Virus record (IMG/VR): IMGVR_UViG_3300045988_094016
Span: 1-41,370 of that record
Direction: 5' to 3' (one strand)
DNA: 41,370 nt
DNA from: a virus
The translations under genes were made by a program, and so were the position numbers. Shown here in pieces: positions 17,405 to 26,886 of the stretch (positions are counted from its first letter, which is position 1; every line of letters begins with the position of its first letter). A model generated the notes under the pieces. The model did no database searches and was not told where the DNA came from. It worked only from the letters and a program-made list of their open reading frames with translations.

Positions 17405-18254
17405 GCAATGTAAGGGTAAAGACATAACTAATATAGCCCAAAGCAAATTGGCTATGGATAAATGGATAGCTACCATTAAATATGACGGTAACTATGTCCA
17501 GATACATAAGTTTAACGGAGATGTTGAGTTTTATACTTCAGGCGGTAAGCAGTTCTATATAAAAGAAATAGCAGACTATCTTTGCGAAAATAACCCAGAC
17601 GATTTTATCCTAGAGTGCGAATACGTAGCTAATACTGACGGCAAACTAGGTAGCCGCGTTAAATGTAGCACTGGTAATTTAAGGAGTAACTTTGAGAAAA
17701 ATATACCTTGCATTGGAACTTTTAGGTTTGTGGTATTTGATATAATACACTTTAACGGGTCTGTTATGGATTGGTCTTACAGCGATAGAATAAGGCTTAT
17801 AGATGAGGAGATAGAGCTTCCACCTGATATGATGATGGCCCAGATAGTAGGTATGGATTTAACTATTGACCAAGCTAAACAGTTAGCCCATAAAGTTATA
17901 AAGCAAGGCTATGAGGGTATTTACTGCAAGCAGATAGACCATACTTATGAGCCTGGTAAGAGGGTAAATACAGCTATCAAGATTAAGTTTAGACCTACAG
18001 CCGACCTGCATTGTATAGATGTTACAGAGGGCACAGGTAAATATTCTGGTATGATAGGTAGCCTAGTTTTAAAAGACAAAGCTGGGCGCGTAGTTCAAGT
18101 TGGTAGTGGTTTAACGGATTACGAGCGTATGCAAAGCCCGGATTATTTCATCGGTAAAGTTATCGAGGTGGAATACGAGCAGCTTTTAGCTACATATATA
18201 CAGCCAACGTTCGTAAGAGTTAGGGACGATAAATCAATCGAGGATATAGACTAA
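17391..18254 (+). CDS. ATP-dependent DNA ligase
   Basis: Adenylation motif I is KYDGNYVQI. The ATG at 17391 has the RBS AGAGGAGGA. The track starts at TTG 17385. Confidence 0.8.
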   Translation: MLMIEQCKGKDITNIAQSKLAMDKWIATIKYDGNYVQIHKFNGDVEFYTSGGKQFYIKEIADYLCENNPDDFILECEYVANTDGKLGSRVKCSTGNLRSNFEKNIPCIGTFRFVVFDIIHFNGSVMDWSYSDRIRLIDEEIELPPDMMMAQIVGMDLTIDQAKQLAHKVIKQGYEGIYCKQIDHTYEPGKRVNTAIKIKFRPTADLHCIDVTEGTGKYSGMIGSLVLKDKAGRVVQVGSGLTDYERMQSPDYFIGKVIEVEYEQLLATYIQPTFVRVRDDKSIEDID

Positions 18255-18562
18255 TGAAAGAGCAGGATATACAGCGCAAGATAATTAAATATCTTGAAAG
18301 TATAGGAGCTTATGTTGTCAAGGTAGTAGCCAGTAATAAATCTGGCACTCCTGACATACTAGCGTGTTATCGCGGCATTTTCTTAGCTATAGAAGTAAAA
18401 AGACCCGAAACTAAAACTAACGTTTCGGAGCTACAGATATATAACATAAAGAAAATTAAAGAGGCTGGCGGTGTAGCAATAGTTAGCTGGGATTTAGATA
18501 CAGTTAAAGCTACAATAGAGGAGATTAATTCTAATCTAATGGTTATAGGAGAATTAAAATGA
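18254..18562 (+). CDS. VRR-NUC domain nuclease (PD-(D/E)xK)
   Basis: GTPDILACYRG...LAIEVKRP. The start overlaps the ligase stop as TAATG. Confidence 0.75.
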   Translation: MKEQDIQRKIIKYLESIGAYVVKVVASNKSGTPDILACYRGIFLAIEVKRPETKTNVSELQIYNIKKIKEAGGVAIVSWDLDTVKATIEEINSNLMVIGELK

Positions 18563-18691
18563 CTAAGCTTATAATTTCAATTATTATAGGGTGGCTATAA
18601 TGTTACATATATTTGGAATAGTTTTAATGGTGTGCATTTCGTTGGTGGTCATTGATGTAATTTGCGTTGTAGTAGCGAGCTTGTTTGACCT

Positions 18692-19144
18692 ATGATTAAC
18701 GGAACTATTAGTGGTGGAGAAGTTAGGGACGTAATAATTGTAGCTTACGTCCTAGGACTTCTTGAAATGGATAAAGAAGGCGTTTTTCTATCTGAGCAGG
18801 ATACGGCTATACTAGCTAGGATAGAAACTGAAATAAGGGCTTTATTGCCGATATATACGTGCGTTAAACCTAAGATTATGAAAAAGCTTGAAAAGGTTAG
18901 CTATACCATAGCTTTTTCAACTAGCAATTATGCTGTAGAATTATCAGTTTTAGGGCTTAATATGCTATACATAAACTTTGCACGTAACGAACGAGGAGCT
19001 AGACCTCTATCTAAAACACTTACAGACTTTTGGAGTAAAATAGAAAAGGATTGTAAGGATTTAATAGATAAACATTACGATGGAGATGAGGATATAGCTG
19101 CTGATAGCTATAATTTTTGCGTTGAAATATTGGAGAAGTTATGA
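18692..19144 (+). CDS. Hypothetical protein, 150 aa
   Basis: ORF whose stop overlaps the downstream helicase start as ATGA. No recognised domain. Confidence 0.5.
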   Translation: MINGTISGGEVRDVIIVAYVLGLLEMDKEGVFLSEQDTAILARIETEIRALLPIYTCVKPKIMKKLEKVSYTIAFSTSNYAVELSVLGLNMLYINFARNERGARPLSKTLTDFWSKIEKDCKDLIDKHYDGDEDIAADSYNFCVEILEKL

Positions 19145-20388
19145 AACCTTATAAACACCAAATAGATAAAGCAGAGGAGTGCTGGCAGATACTTAAACAA
19201 ACCGGGTATGTATATCTAGCTGGTAAGCCTCGCAGTGGTAAAACATTAACATCTCTGCTTATAGCCGAGAAAAGCCAAAAAGTTAGTAATGTTTTAGTTA
19301 TAACTAAGAAGGCTGCGATTTCTGGGTGGGATAAATTCCTAGCAGATAAAGAGCTTGGGCTAACTAAGAAATACCACGTCATAAACTATGAGCAATTAGG
19401 TAAAATGCAAGCCGGGAGATTTATTCTTAAGGTAAATCCTAGCGATTACCAACTAGCTATAATAGACGAGAGCCATAACTTGGGAACTTTAGGTCGCACA
19501 TCACAAAGAACTAAAGTTATAAGAAAAGTGTGCTGGGATTTACCGCATATGCATCTAAGCGGGACTGCTATAGTTGAGAGCCCTAACACTATCTATCACC
19601 AGATGGCTATATCTAAATTTAACCCGTTTAAGTTCTCTAACTTTTACGAGTTTTTCAGATTTTATGGAATACCATACTATATTAAAGTTAATGGTAGGGA
19701 GATAGCTCAATACGATAGGTGCGATGCCGAGCGTTTGATGAAAGAAATAAATTATTTTACTATCTATATGACCCAAGAGGACGCAGGCATTTCGAGCGAT
19801 GTTCAAAGCGTTGATAAATTGCATTATATAGAATTAGATAACTATACTAAAGCATTTTATAATCAGCTACAAAAAGCGCGCGTTATAAGCGATTTTAGCT
19901 ATGCTAACGGAGCTAATAGCGGCCTAGATATTGTCTGCGATAGCACGATGAAACTACGCACTAGCTTACATATGGTCGAGAGTGGTATTTTAAAGATAGG
20001 AGAGGATTATATCGAGATGGGCAATACAGAAAAAATCGACTATATAAAGAAAACTTTTGGCGATACTAAAGATGTAGGTATTATGTGCCACTTTATAGGT
20101 GAGCGTAACTTATTAAAGAAACATTTTAAACACGCGCGTATTTATAGCTCAAACGCACACGCTGAAGGGGTCGATTTATCAGACTTAAAGCATTTCATAA
20201 TCTTAAGCTCGGACTACAGCGGAGCTAAGTTTATACAGCGACGCGACCGGATAGTTAATATTAACGGCTCAAACACTAATCTAGTTAATCATATCTTAGT
20301 AAGAAAAGCTATAAGCGAGCAAGTGTATAATAAAGTAAGTAAGAAAGAGGACTTTAACAATTCTACCTACATAAGGCAGGAGATTTAA
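19141..20388 (+). CDS. SF2 (DEAD/DEAH or SNF2-like) helicase-family ATPase
   Basis: Walker A AGKPRSGKT and a DExH box IIDESHN. It is adjacent to the VRR-NUC gene. Confidence 0.6.
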   Translation: MKPYKHQIDKAEECWQILKQTGYVYLAGKPRSGKTLTSLLIAEKSQKVSNVLVITKKAAISGWDKFLADKELGLTKKYHVINYEQLGKMQAGRFILKVNPSDYQLAIIDESHNLGTLGRTSQRTKVIRKVCWDLPHMHLSGTAIVESPNTIYHQMAISKFNPFKFSNFYEFFRFYGIPYYIKVNGREIAQYDRCDAERLMKEINYFTIYMTQEDAGISSDVQSVDKLHYIELDNYTKAFYNQLQKARVISDFSYANGANSGLDIVCDSTMKLRTSLHMVESGILKIGEDYIEMGNTEKIDYIKKTFGDTKDVGIMCHFIGERNLLKKHFKHARIYSSNAHAEGVDLSDLKHFIILSSDYSGAKFIQRRDRIVNINGSNTNLVNHILVRKAISEQVYNKVSKKEDFNNSTYIRQEI

Positions 20389-20394
20389 CTCCTG
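20375..20394. terminator. Bidirectional terminator hairpin between the two convergent arms
   Basis: Stem gcaggag / ctcctgc with loop atttaa. The loop contains the plus-strand stop codon, and the minus-strand stop follows immediately. Confidence 0.6.
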
Positions 20395-22740
20395 CTATAA
20401 ATCATCTAGGATATCTATAGTTCTAGTATTTTCCCTTAAACTATTTCTAGTTTCTATCCTTAAAGTCCTATCATCTTTAACCTTAGCTATAATGCTTTCC
20501 TTACTTCGTTGTAGGTTCTTTAGTGTTTTCTTTTGTTCGGTTGTTAGTTCTACTCCGTTATATTTATTTATTTTCGAGTTTATATTACTTAATTGATTTT
20601 CATACCCTCTTAATCTATTTTCAACCTGGGTTAATTTGCGTTGTAGTTTTGGTGTTTCATTTCTAGCTACTTGTAGTTGCCCTCGTAATTGATTAATCTC
20701 GCTAGTGTTTCTTATGACCATACCAGAGTCTAGGTTATTTAATTTAACTACAGCTTTTTCTAGTGTATTATTAAACTCCTCCAATACTTGAGACGGCATT
20801 TTATAATCTGTAACTATCTTTGATGAAGTTACAGCAGGAGTATCAGAGCTTTTTAGGTATTTAATTATCCTATCCTGCATAGCTACGTTGTTACCGAATT
20901 CTCCCCATCTAATAACTCGTCTTTGCGCTTCACTAGCTATAAATCCAAGCCAACCCATAATACTACGCCAATTCTCAGAACCTTTCTGAGGCACAAACAT
21001 TGTATCATTACCAAATTTTTTAGCATAATTTTCTAGTAATTCAGACGTGGCTCGTGCTTGCTCGGTATTAAGCCCAGCTTCTTGTATAGTTTCTTTTAGT
21101 TTCTTATAATCTATAACTCCGTGCTCATTAGTTGCCGATTTTACGGCTTGGGATAGTTCTTTATTCTGCATTGCGATTTTATAATCGTTATTAGCTTGCT
21201 TAACTAACCCATAAACATCATCGTCTAAATTATCAACTACGTCATCAAGATTGGATTTAATCTGGTGTATTAATTTCTTTTCGTAAGGAGTGGCTGTATC
21301 ATTTAGTTTATTTAAAGTTTCCCTGAATGTTAGCACTTCGTCCAAATTACTGTAATTTTTATCAGCTAATCTCTTTTCAAACCCTAGAAGCTGTTTTTCT
21401 ACATTACTAAGAAGCTGCACATCTGTGGTTTGTATATCCACTCCTTTGAAAATATTGGCAGTATCTACCTGAATATTTTTATCTTTAATAGTTTCTTTCA
21501 TACGACTAAAATTATCCTTAGCTACTTGCTCCATAGCTTCTACATTTTTCTTATCTGCTACTTTATAAACATCTTGTGCTCGGTGTTTAGCCTTTAAAAG
21601 CCCTTTGTTAGCCATATCGTCGCTTTGTTGCATAGCTCTACCTAACACACCCTGCCCAGCTTCTTCGGTCATCATAGATGCCCTATAAGCTTGTTGCTCG
21701 TAAGGTATTGAAGTCATAGCACTACGTGCCTGCTGTTCAGTATATCCCTTACGTAAGAAAAATTGTAACACTTTAGGGTCTATATCAGGGTTACCGTGTA
21801 GTGTAAGCCAATCTCCAATTTTAGAGGCTGCTACTCCCATAACAGCGCCTATTGCAGCATCTTTAGCTACATCTCCTGTAGTTAATATATCTTTTTTCTT
21901 AGTTTCATCTGTTTGTTTGGCATTTTCTCCTGCTCTATCAGTTACACCTCTTAATATATTACTAAACCCTTCAACTGCAGCAGCTGCCGCCTTAGATTTC
22001 ATAACTGGGATTAACGCATCTACAGCATTTAAAGCCGTTTTAGTATTCACTTCAAAATATTTATTATGACCTACAACTCCTAAGCTTTTATCCACTTTAT
22101 CTAGTCGTTTCATAACATTTTCTAGGTCTTTTCTATAAAAATCACTATCTGTAAGACCTACAGAGTTAGCGAAATTCTCGAATATTATAGCTAACGGGTA
22201 ACCTACCTTAGCATTAAATAAATCTAAGGCAGTTTGCACTTGACCAGCTAGTGCGTCCCCCGAAACTACATCTTTAACGGCTTCTTCGGCTGCTTTTAAT
22301 ACTTTCTTGGAGTGTTTAGCTATAAAGTTTAATGCTCCCTCTTCCTCTTTACTTTCCGGCTCGCTGTTCTTTTTACGGGCATAATACGCGTCCCAAGTTT
22401 CAGGATTAGCTTTTCCTGAACTATCAACATACCCACCTGGCGGAGGTGGTGCTTCAGTTTCTCCATTTAGATTAACTTCAGCAGATTTAGTGGTGTTAGG
22501 TGTCTGCTCTACTTTAGTATCATTAGCTATTAAATCATCTAGCCAACTTAACTGGGTATCATCATCGTCCTCTTTAGGAGCTGTAACTTCTACAGCAGGT
22601 AGAGTTACTTCATCAGTCCCTACTTTATGCTCTATTTTTATATTTTTATCGGCTGATTTTTCTGCTGGTTCACTGTTAGCTTTTCCTGCTGGTTTATCAT
22701 TAGCTATCAATTCATCTAGCCAATCTAAATTATCTGCCAT
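20395..22740 (-). CDS. Large alpha-helical virion protein with N-terminal tandem WLD(E/D)LIAND repeats (internal/ejection or tail protein)
   Basis: 781 aa. Two N-terminal ~35-aa repeats, an acidic linker and a long predicted coiled-coil. It is the last gene of the late operon. Confidence 0.45.
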   Translation of the reverse strand: MADNLDWLDELIANDKPAGKANSEPAEKSADKNIKIEHKVGTDEVTLPAVEVTAPKEDDDDTQLSWLDDLIANDTKVEQTPNTTKSAEVNLNGETEAPPPPGGYVDSSGKANPETWDAYYARKKNSEPESKEEEGALNFIAKHSKKVLKAAEEAVKDVVSGDALAGQVQTALDLFNAKVGYPLAIIFENFANSVGLTDSDFYRKDLENVMKRLDKVDKSLGVVGHNKYFEVNTKTALNAVDALIPVMKSKAAAAAVEGFSNILRGVTDRAGENAKQTDETKKKDILTTGDVAKDAAIGAVMGVAASKIGDWLTLHGNPDIDPKVLQFFLRKGYTEQQARSAMTSIPYEQQAYRASMMTEEAGQGVLGRAMQQSDDMANKGLLKAKHRAQDVYKVADKKNVEAMEQVAKDNFSRMKETIKDKNIQVDTANIFKGVDIQTTDVQLLSNVEKQLLGFEKRLADKNYSNLDEVLTFRETLNKLNDTATPYEKKLIHQIKSNLDDVVDNLDDDVYGLVKQANNDYKIAMQNKELSQAVKSATNEHGVIDYKKLKETIQEAGLNTEQARATSELLENYAKKFGNDTMFVPQKGSENWRSIMGWLGFIASEAQRRVIRWGEFGNNVAMQDRIIKYLKSSDTPAVTSSKIVTDYKMPSQVLEEFNNTLEKAVVKLNNLDSGMVIRNTSEINQLRGQLQVARNETPKLQRKLTQVENRLRGYENQLSNINSKINKYNGVELTTEQKKTLKNLQRSKESIIAKVKDDRTLRIETRNSLRENTRTIDILDDL

Positions 22741-22749
22741 TATCTATCC

Positions 22750-24540
22750 TTATTCTTGTGGTCTATTGTAGCCGTCTGGAGCGGCGTCGTTACTCATACC
22801 TATGGCTGACATTATAGAACCCATATCGACTGCTCCAACGTCAGCACCGCCTACCGCATCGCGAGGGTCCCTAGTTTCAGCTCCAGCAAGTTTATTGGCT
22901 ACTTGCTCAAATATGTCGGCTATATACTCGCTGTTGCGGGTTTTCATTGCTCGCATACTCAAAGCTACTACTTTACCATAACTAGCTGGGTCGGTATTCA
23001 TCAAGAAATTACCTGCTTGTCCGGATAGTAGTTGGTCAAGCTGTAGTTTTTCTATATCATCGGTTTCGTTATAGTTAGCAGTTGTTATTTCGATATCATA
23101 CTCCAGAAACTCTATTTGGGTTTCTTTTTCTATCCAAGGGATTATATTAGCGTTCCCGTGGTCGTCGTATGTTATATCCTTGATAACTATTTCCTCTTGC
23201 CCTGTTTGTTCGTTAGGCATTAAGAAAGGCTTATTTAGTTCTATAAACCTATCTCCCGATCTTTGGTCGGCTATTCTTATCATCTTATAAGCTCTATAAA
23301 ATAGCTTGGCAAAATCTAAGATATTTATACCTATGCACTCATACATATACTCAATATTAGATGTAATGTAATTTAATGCGCTAGCAGTCATATTTTGCTG
23401 TAGCTTAATTTGACGCCCTGAAGCTGATGAACCCATCATACCTAAGAAGCTATCATTTAGATTTAGGATAGTTTTAATTCTCTGTAGCGACCTATCTATG
23501 ATAGTATATTGAGCTATTACGTCGCCGTTTAGATTATCTATTTTTACGCCGTGAATATCTTTCATCGGGATAATAGCATTAACCCTATTAAATACTTTAG
23601 CAAACTCCTCGACGCTATCGACAGCCGTTTTGTTGATATAAACCTTATTAACATTAGCTAATAGTTGTATCTGAATTAGGGCTTGGTTAATAGCTTTTTG
23701 ACTTTCAAGAACTTCCCTAAATATGCCATAAAACCCTTTTTCATCGCGCTCAAGATATATTGGCATAATAGGGAATTTTCGCAGGTGAGTAACTTCAGTT
23801 TTTTCTAGTAACGTATCTCCGCTCCAAACTAACTCCCATATCTTACCGTTCTCTTTTAAATAGCTAGTTATAACTAAAAAACTATCGTTCATCTTATATT
23901 TATAGGCTTTGCCACTAGCAGGGTTATCTATACCAGTAAATCCTACAGACCTGTTTATCTCCTCACTTTTACCTGGCCAAGTATCATCTATATCTTGGGC
24001 AGATATCCATCTATATTTGTGGATATATCTAGCATCTGAATAATCCTCCTCACGAGATTTAGGGTCTGGGATAACTTCGTCCCAAGGTAGATAACGTAGT
24101 TTAATCTGGACGTCTTTAGTCCCAAATTCGTCTTTCTTGCCTGTATCCTCTACTCTTATCTCAAATGCACAAATACCAGCTAGTAATAGGTCATCTATTA
24201 ACCTGGTTTTCATACGGTTAAACTTAGATATTCTTAGCGTGTATTGGACTATATCCTGACCAACCGAAGCTATGTTTATATCCTCTACTCCTACAGGCTT
24301 AACGTTGATGTTAGATATTGTAGAAGCTAGATAACCGCTGATAACACGCTTATACGATTTTATAATGTTAAACGTTTCAGCAGGCTGTTTCCTATTAACT
24401 AAGGTATTAAGCTGTTTAATAGTATAGTGTTGATTGTGATTAAAAGCTATAATCTCCTTAGCTTCCTCTCTGCACTCGCTATGCCAATTAGTGGCATATT
24501 CAAAATACTCCCTTGCTTTTTCTAATAGTTTCTCACTCAT
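22750..24540 (-). CDS. Putative portal protein (assigned by size and position only)
   Basis: 596 aa with an acidic C-terminus, located in the structural operon. No motif confirms the call. Confidence 0.35.
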   Translation of the reverse strand: MSEKLLEKAREYFEYATNWHSECREEAKEIIAFNHNQHYTIKQLNTLVNRKQPAETFNIIKSYKRVISGYLASTISNINVKPVGVEDINIASVGQDIVQYTLRISKFNRMKTRLIDDLLLAGICAFEIRVEDTGKKDEFGTKDVQIKLRYLPWDEVIPDPKSREEDYSDARYIHKYRWISAQDIDDTWPGKSEEINRSVGFTGIDNPASGKAYKYKMNDSFLVITSYLKENGKIWELVWSGDTLLEKTEVTHLRKFPIMPIYLERDEKGFYGIFREVLESQKAINQALIQIQLLANVNKVYINKTAVDSVEEFAKVFNRVNAIIPMKDIHGVKIDNLNGDVIAQYTIIDRSLQRIKTILNLNDSFLGMMGSSASGRQIKLQQNMTASALNYITSNIEYMYECIGINILDFAKLFYRAYKMIRIADQRSGDRFIELNKPFLMPNEQTGQEEIVIKDITYDDHGNANIIPWIEKETQIEFLEYDIEITTANYNETDDIEKLQLDQLLSGQAGNFLMNTDPASYGKVVALSMRAMKTRNSEYIADIFEQVANKLAGAETRDPRDAVGGADVGAVDMGSIMSAIGMSNDAAPDGYNRPQE

Positions 24541-26162
24541 TTAGAACCCTTTTTCTTTCTTTCTTTAGAAATCTTAGCTGCCATAGCTTTCATTTCTGGT
24601 GATAAAGTAGAATACCATTTCTTTTGTTCCTCTGGAGAAGCTTTTTCAATTTCTTTTATCTGCTGCTCCATAAATATTCTGGTTTGTTTTTCGGTTACTT
24701 TATTTATATTACCCTCAAATTTCTCCATACTACCGTAGATATATTTTTGCTTGTAAGGGTCCATAGTTCCTATTTTACCTGCTACTAATGCATCCCAGTT
24801 TTGGATAAATGCTTTAACACCACTTAGAGTAGTATCTATAGATTGAAACTTACCAACCGAGGATTGTAGTATATCTCTGTTCATACCTAATTCGGTTTCG
24901 CTAAATGCTGCTCCTGATTTTAGCTGTATCATATCCGCCGATAGTTGGTCGGCATAACTTTGGATAAATGTAGCTAGGTTGGTAGCTTTCTTTATTTCCT
25001 CGGTTGATACTTCAGGTAAATACCTAGTAATCATTGCAGCCACAGTATCGTCTATTGTGTTATCACCTGTGTAATTCTTGAGTTGTCCTATAAAAACCTC
25101 AAATTTTCTTAGTCTGTTGCCTATAGCTTGAGCTTTTTGGATATCTTGGACTGTTTGCAGTTGTGATGCAGTAGGTGCTATGTGCCTTTTAAACATCTCG
25201 TTATCTTTACCTATAAAATCATAAGCTTCACCGTCCGACATTTCTAAAATTTTTTTATCAGTATCTGCTAATCTTTGTTTGTCTGCTTGCTTTTTATCAA
25301 AATCTGTCATTCTAATTTCAGGGTTCATAGCTTTATACATTTGAGCTTGGGAAGATAGCATATTAGCCTCAGAATTCCTTGCTGCCGCTCCTGCTGTTAT
25401 CATCTTAGCCCGAGCTTCATCATACCCAGTAGCAACTCTCATTTGAGTTTCATCATTTTTAAGCTTGGCTTCAATAACTTTCTGATTAGCAATAAAATCG
25501 TTTCTTTGTTGCTCCATTAGATTTCTATCTGATAAGGACCCTAGTTTATCCATACCAGTAGCTGCATATACTACGGAAGGAGGATAACTAATATAACTTC
25601 CATCTCTAAGCCTGAAATTAATCTCGTCTTGTTGAGGGTCATAACTAACATTGGTAACTGGATTATCTACGGTATTTAAGACGTTATTAATCCATCTAGC
25701 ACCATCTGTATTATATACCCAGCGCTCGTTCATATTCTCCTCGCCTTTTAGTATATCATCTGATTTTCCGTATTTAGCTATTTTGCGCGTATATGTTCCG
25801 TCCTCGTTATGGGTGTAGTTTTTAGGGTCAAACCCTTCAGGTAATTTATCTGGCGAAACTATTTCGTCCTCTATAGTTACGTTTTTGCCTTTATTCTTTT
25901 GGATAGTTTCTACAAAATTTACTAAATCCCTTCTACCTCTGTCTGCTTCAGCTGTAGCTAGAACTTTTTGTATTTCTATATTTTGGAGATATAACTTATT
26001 TTTCATCTCCTGCATTTCAAGCTTATCTTTATCCATAATCTGCTGGGTTCTCTGCCTAGCTAGTTCTCGTTGCTTGGATAACTCCTCATACTCACGCTTT
26101 TCGTCTAGCCCACGATGGTTTTCGTATATACCTTTAGCAAAACCGTCACCTAAATTCCACAT
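24537..26162 (-). CDS. Virion structural protein, 541 aa
   Basis: Its stop overlaps the downstream start as ATGA. Rich in coiled-coil. Confidence 0.4.
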   Translation of the reverse strand: MWNLGDGFAKGIYENHRGLDEKREYEELSKQRELARQRTQQIMDKDKLEMQEMKNKLYLQNIEIQKVLATAEADRGRRDLVNFVETIQKNKGKNVTIEDEIVSPDKLPEGFDPKNYTHNEDGTYTRKIAKYGKSDDILKGEENMNERWVYNTDGARWINNVLNTVDNPVTNVSYDPQQDEINFRLRDGSYISYPPSVVYAATGMDKLGSLSDRNLMEQQRNDFIANQKVIEAKLKNDETQMRVATGYDEARAKMITAGAAARNSEANMLSSQAQMYKAMNPEIRMTDFDKKQADKQRLADTDKKILEMSDGEAYDFIGKDNEMFKRHIAPTASQLQTVQDIQKAQAIGNRLRKFEVFIGQLKNYTGDNTIDDTVAAMITRYLPEVSTEEIKKATNLATFIQSYADQLSADMIQLKSGAAFSETELGMNRDILQSSVGKFQSIDTTLSGVKAFIQNWDALVAGKIGTMDPYKQKYIYGSMEKFEGNINKVTEKQTRIFMEQQIKEIEKASPEEQKKWYSTLSPEMKAMAAKISKERKKKGSK

Positions 26163-26172
26163 TAATTATCCT

Positions 26173-26829
26173 TTAAAATCCGTAGTTATTTGAGCCGCTT
26201 TGGCCGTTATTAGTTCCAAACATATTAGCACCGTTTCTGCCGTAGTTATACATCAATGCTCCAAACACATTACCTGCAGATTGTCCTGCTGCATCTGTTA
26301 TTCTGTTCCAATTGTTTTGTTGGTTATTTAAAGCCCCTAAGGCTTGGGAATTAGCATTAGCTAGTGCTTGAGCTGCTATATTACCTTGACCTGACGCATA
26401 ACCTAAGAAGCCCATCTGCTCGTTACGCACGGATTGTTCTGCTTGTTCAGCTATATTCAATCGGTCGTTTATAGCCTGCTGCTCCATTTGAGCAAATGTT
26501 TCCTGCTCTATACCTGAACCCATAAGCCCGCGTTGAGCTAAATTTTGTTGGACTTTATCCTGAGCCATTTTAAACTGTTTATCATACCTATCTAAGTTTC
26601 GGTTAGTTCTTTGCTCTGGAGTTAGATTTTTATAGTAATTAGCTAAATTTTGCTCTAAATCTCCATAAATAGCCCTTCGTTCAGCATCACGTCTGGCAGC
26701 CATTTCTTGCTGTTGTTTAGCCATTTCTAGCTGCTGCTTACCAAGCTTATTACTTTTGTAAGCACCGTAAAGAGCGGAGCCGGCTTGGGCTGCGCCAATT
26801 CCTGCTCCTAAATAGTTAAGCCAGCTCAT
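26173..26829 (-). CDS. Q/N/A-rich hypothetical virion protein
   Basis: 218 aa of low complexity with its own GGAGG RBS. A TGTTATAAT promoter lies just upstream on the minus strand. Confidence 0.45.
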   Translation of the reverse strand: MSWLNYLGAGIGAAQAGSALYGAYKSNKLGKQQLEMAKQQQEMAARRDAERRAIYGDLEQNLANYYKNLTPEQRTNRNLDRYDKQFKMAQDKVQQNLAQRGLMGSGIEQETFAQMEQQAINDRLNIAEQAEQSVRNEQMGFLGYASGQGNIAAQALANANSQALGALNNQQNNWNRITDAAGQSAGNVFGALMYNYGRNGANMFGTNNGQSGSNNYGF

Positions 26830-26862
26830 AATTTTACGCCTCCATTGTTTTAGTTTAATTGT

Positions 26863-26871
26863 ATTATAACA
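26863..26871 (-). promoter_or_regulatory. Internal early-type promoter (TGTTATAAT on the minus strand) within the late operon
   Basis: The plus-strand attataaca is the reverse complement of TGTTATAAT. It sits about 33 nt upstream of the ATG at 26829. Confidence 0.45.
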
Positions 26872-26886
26872 TAACTTTGTTTAAAA

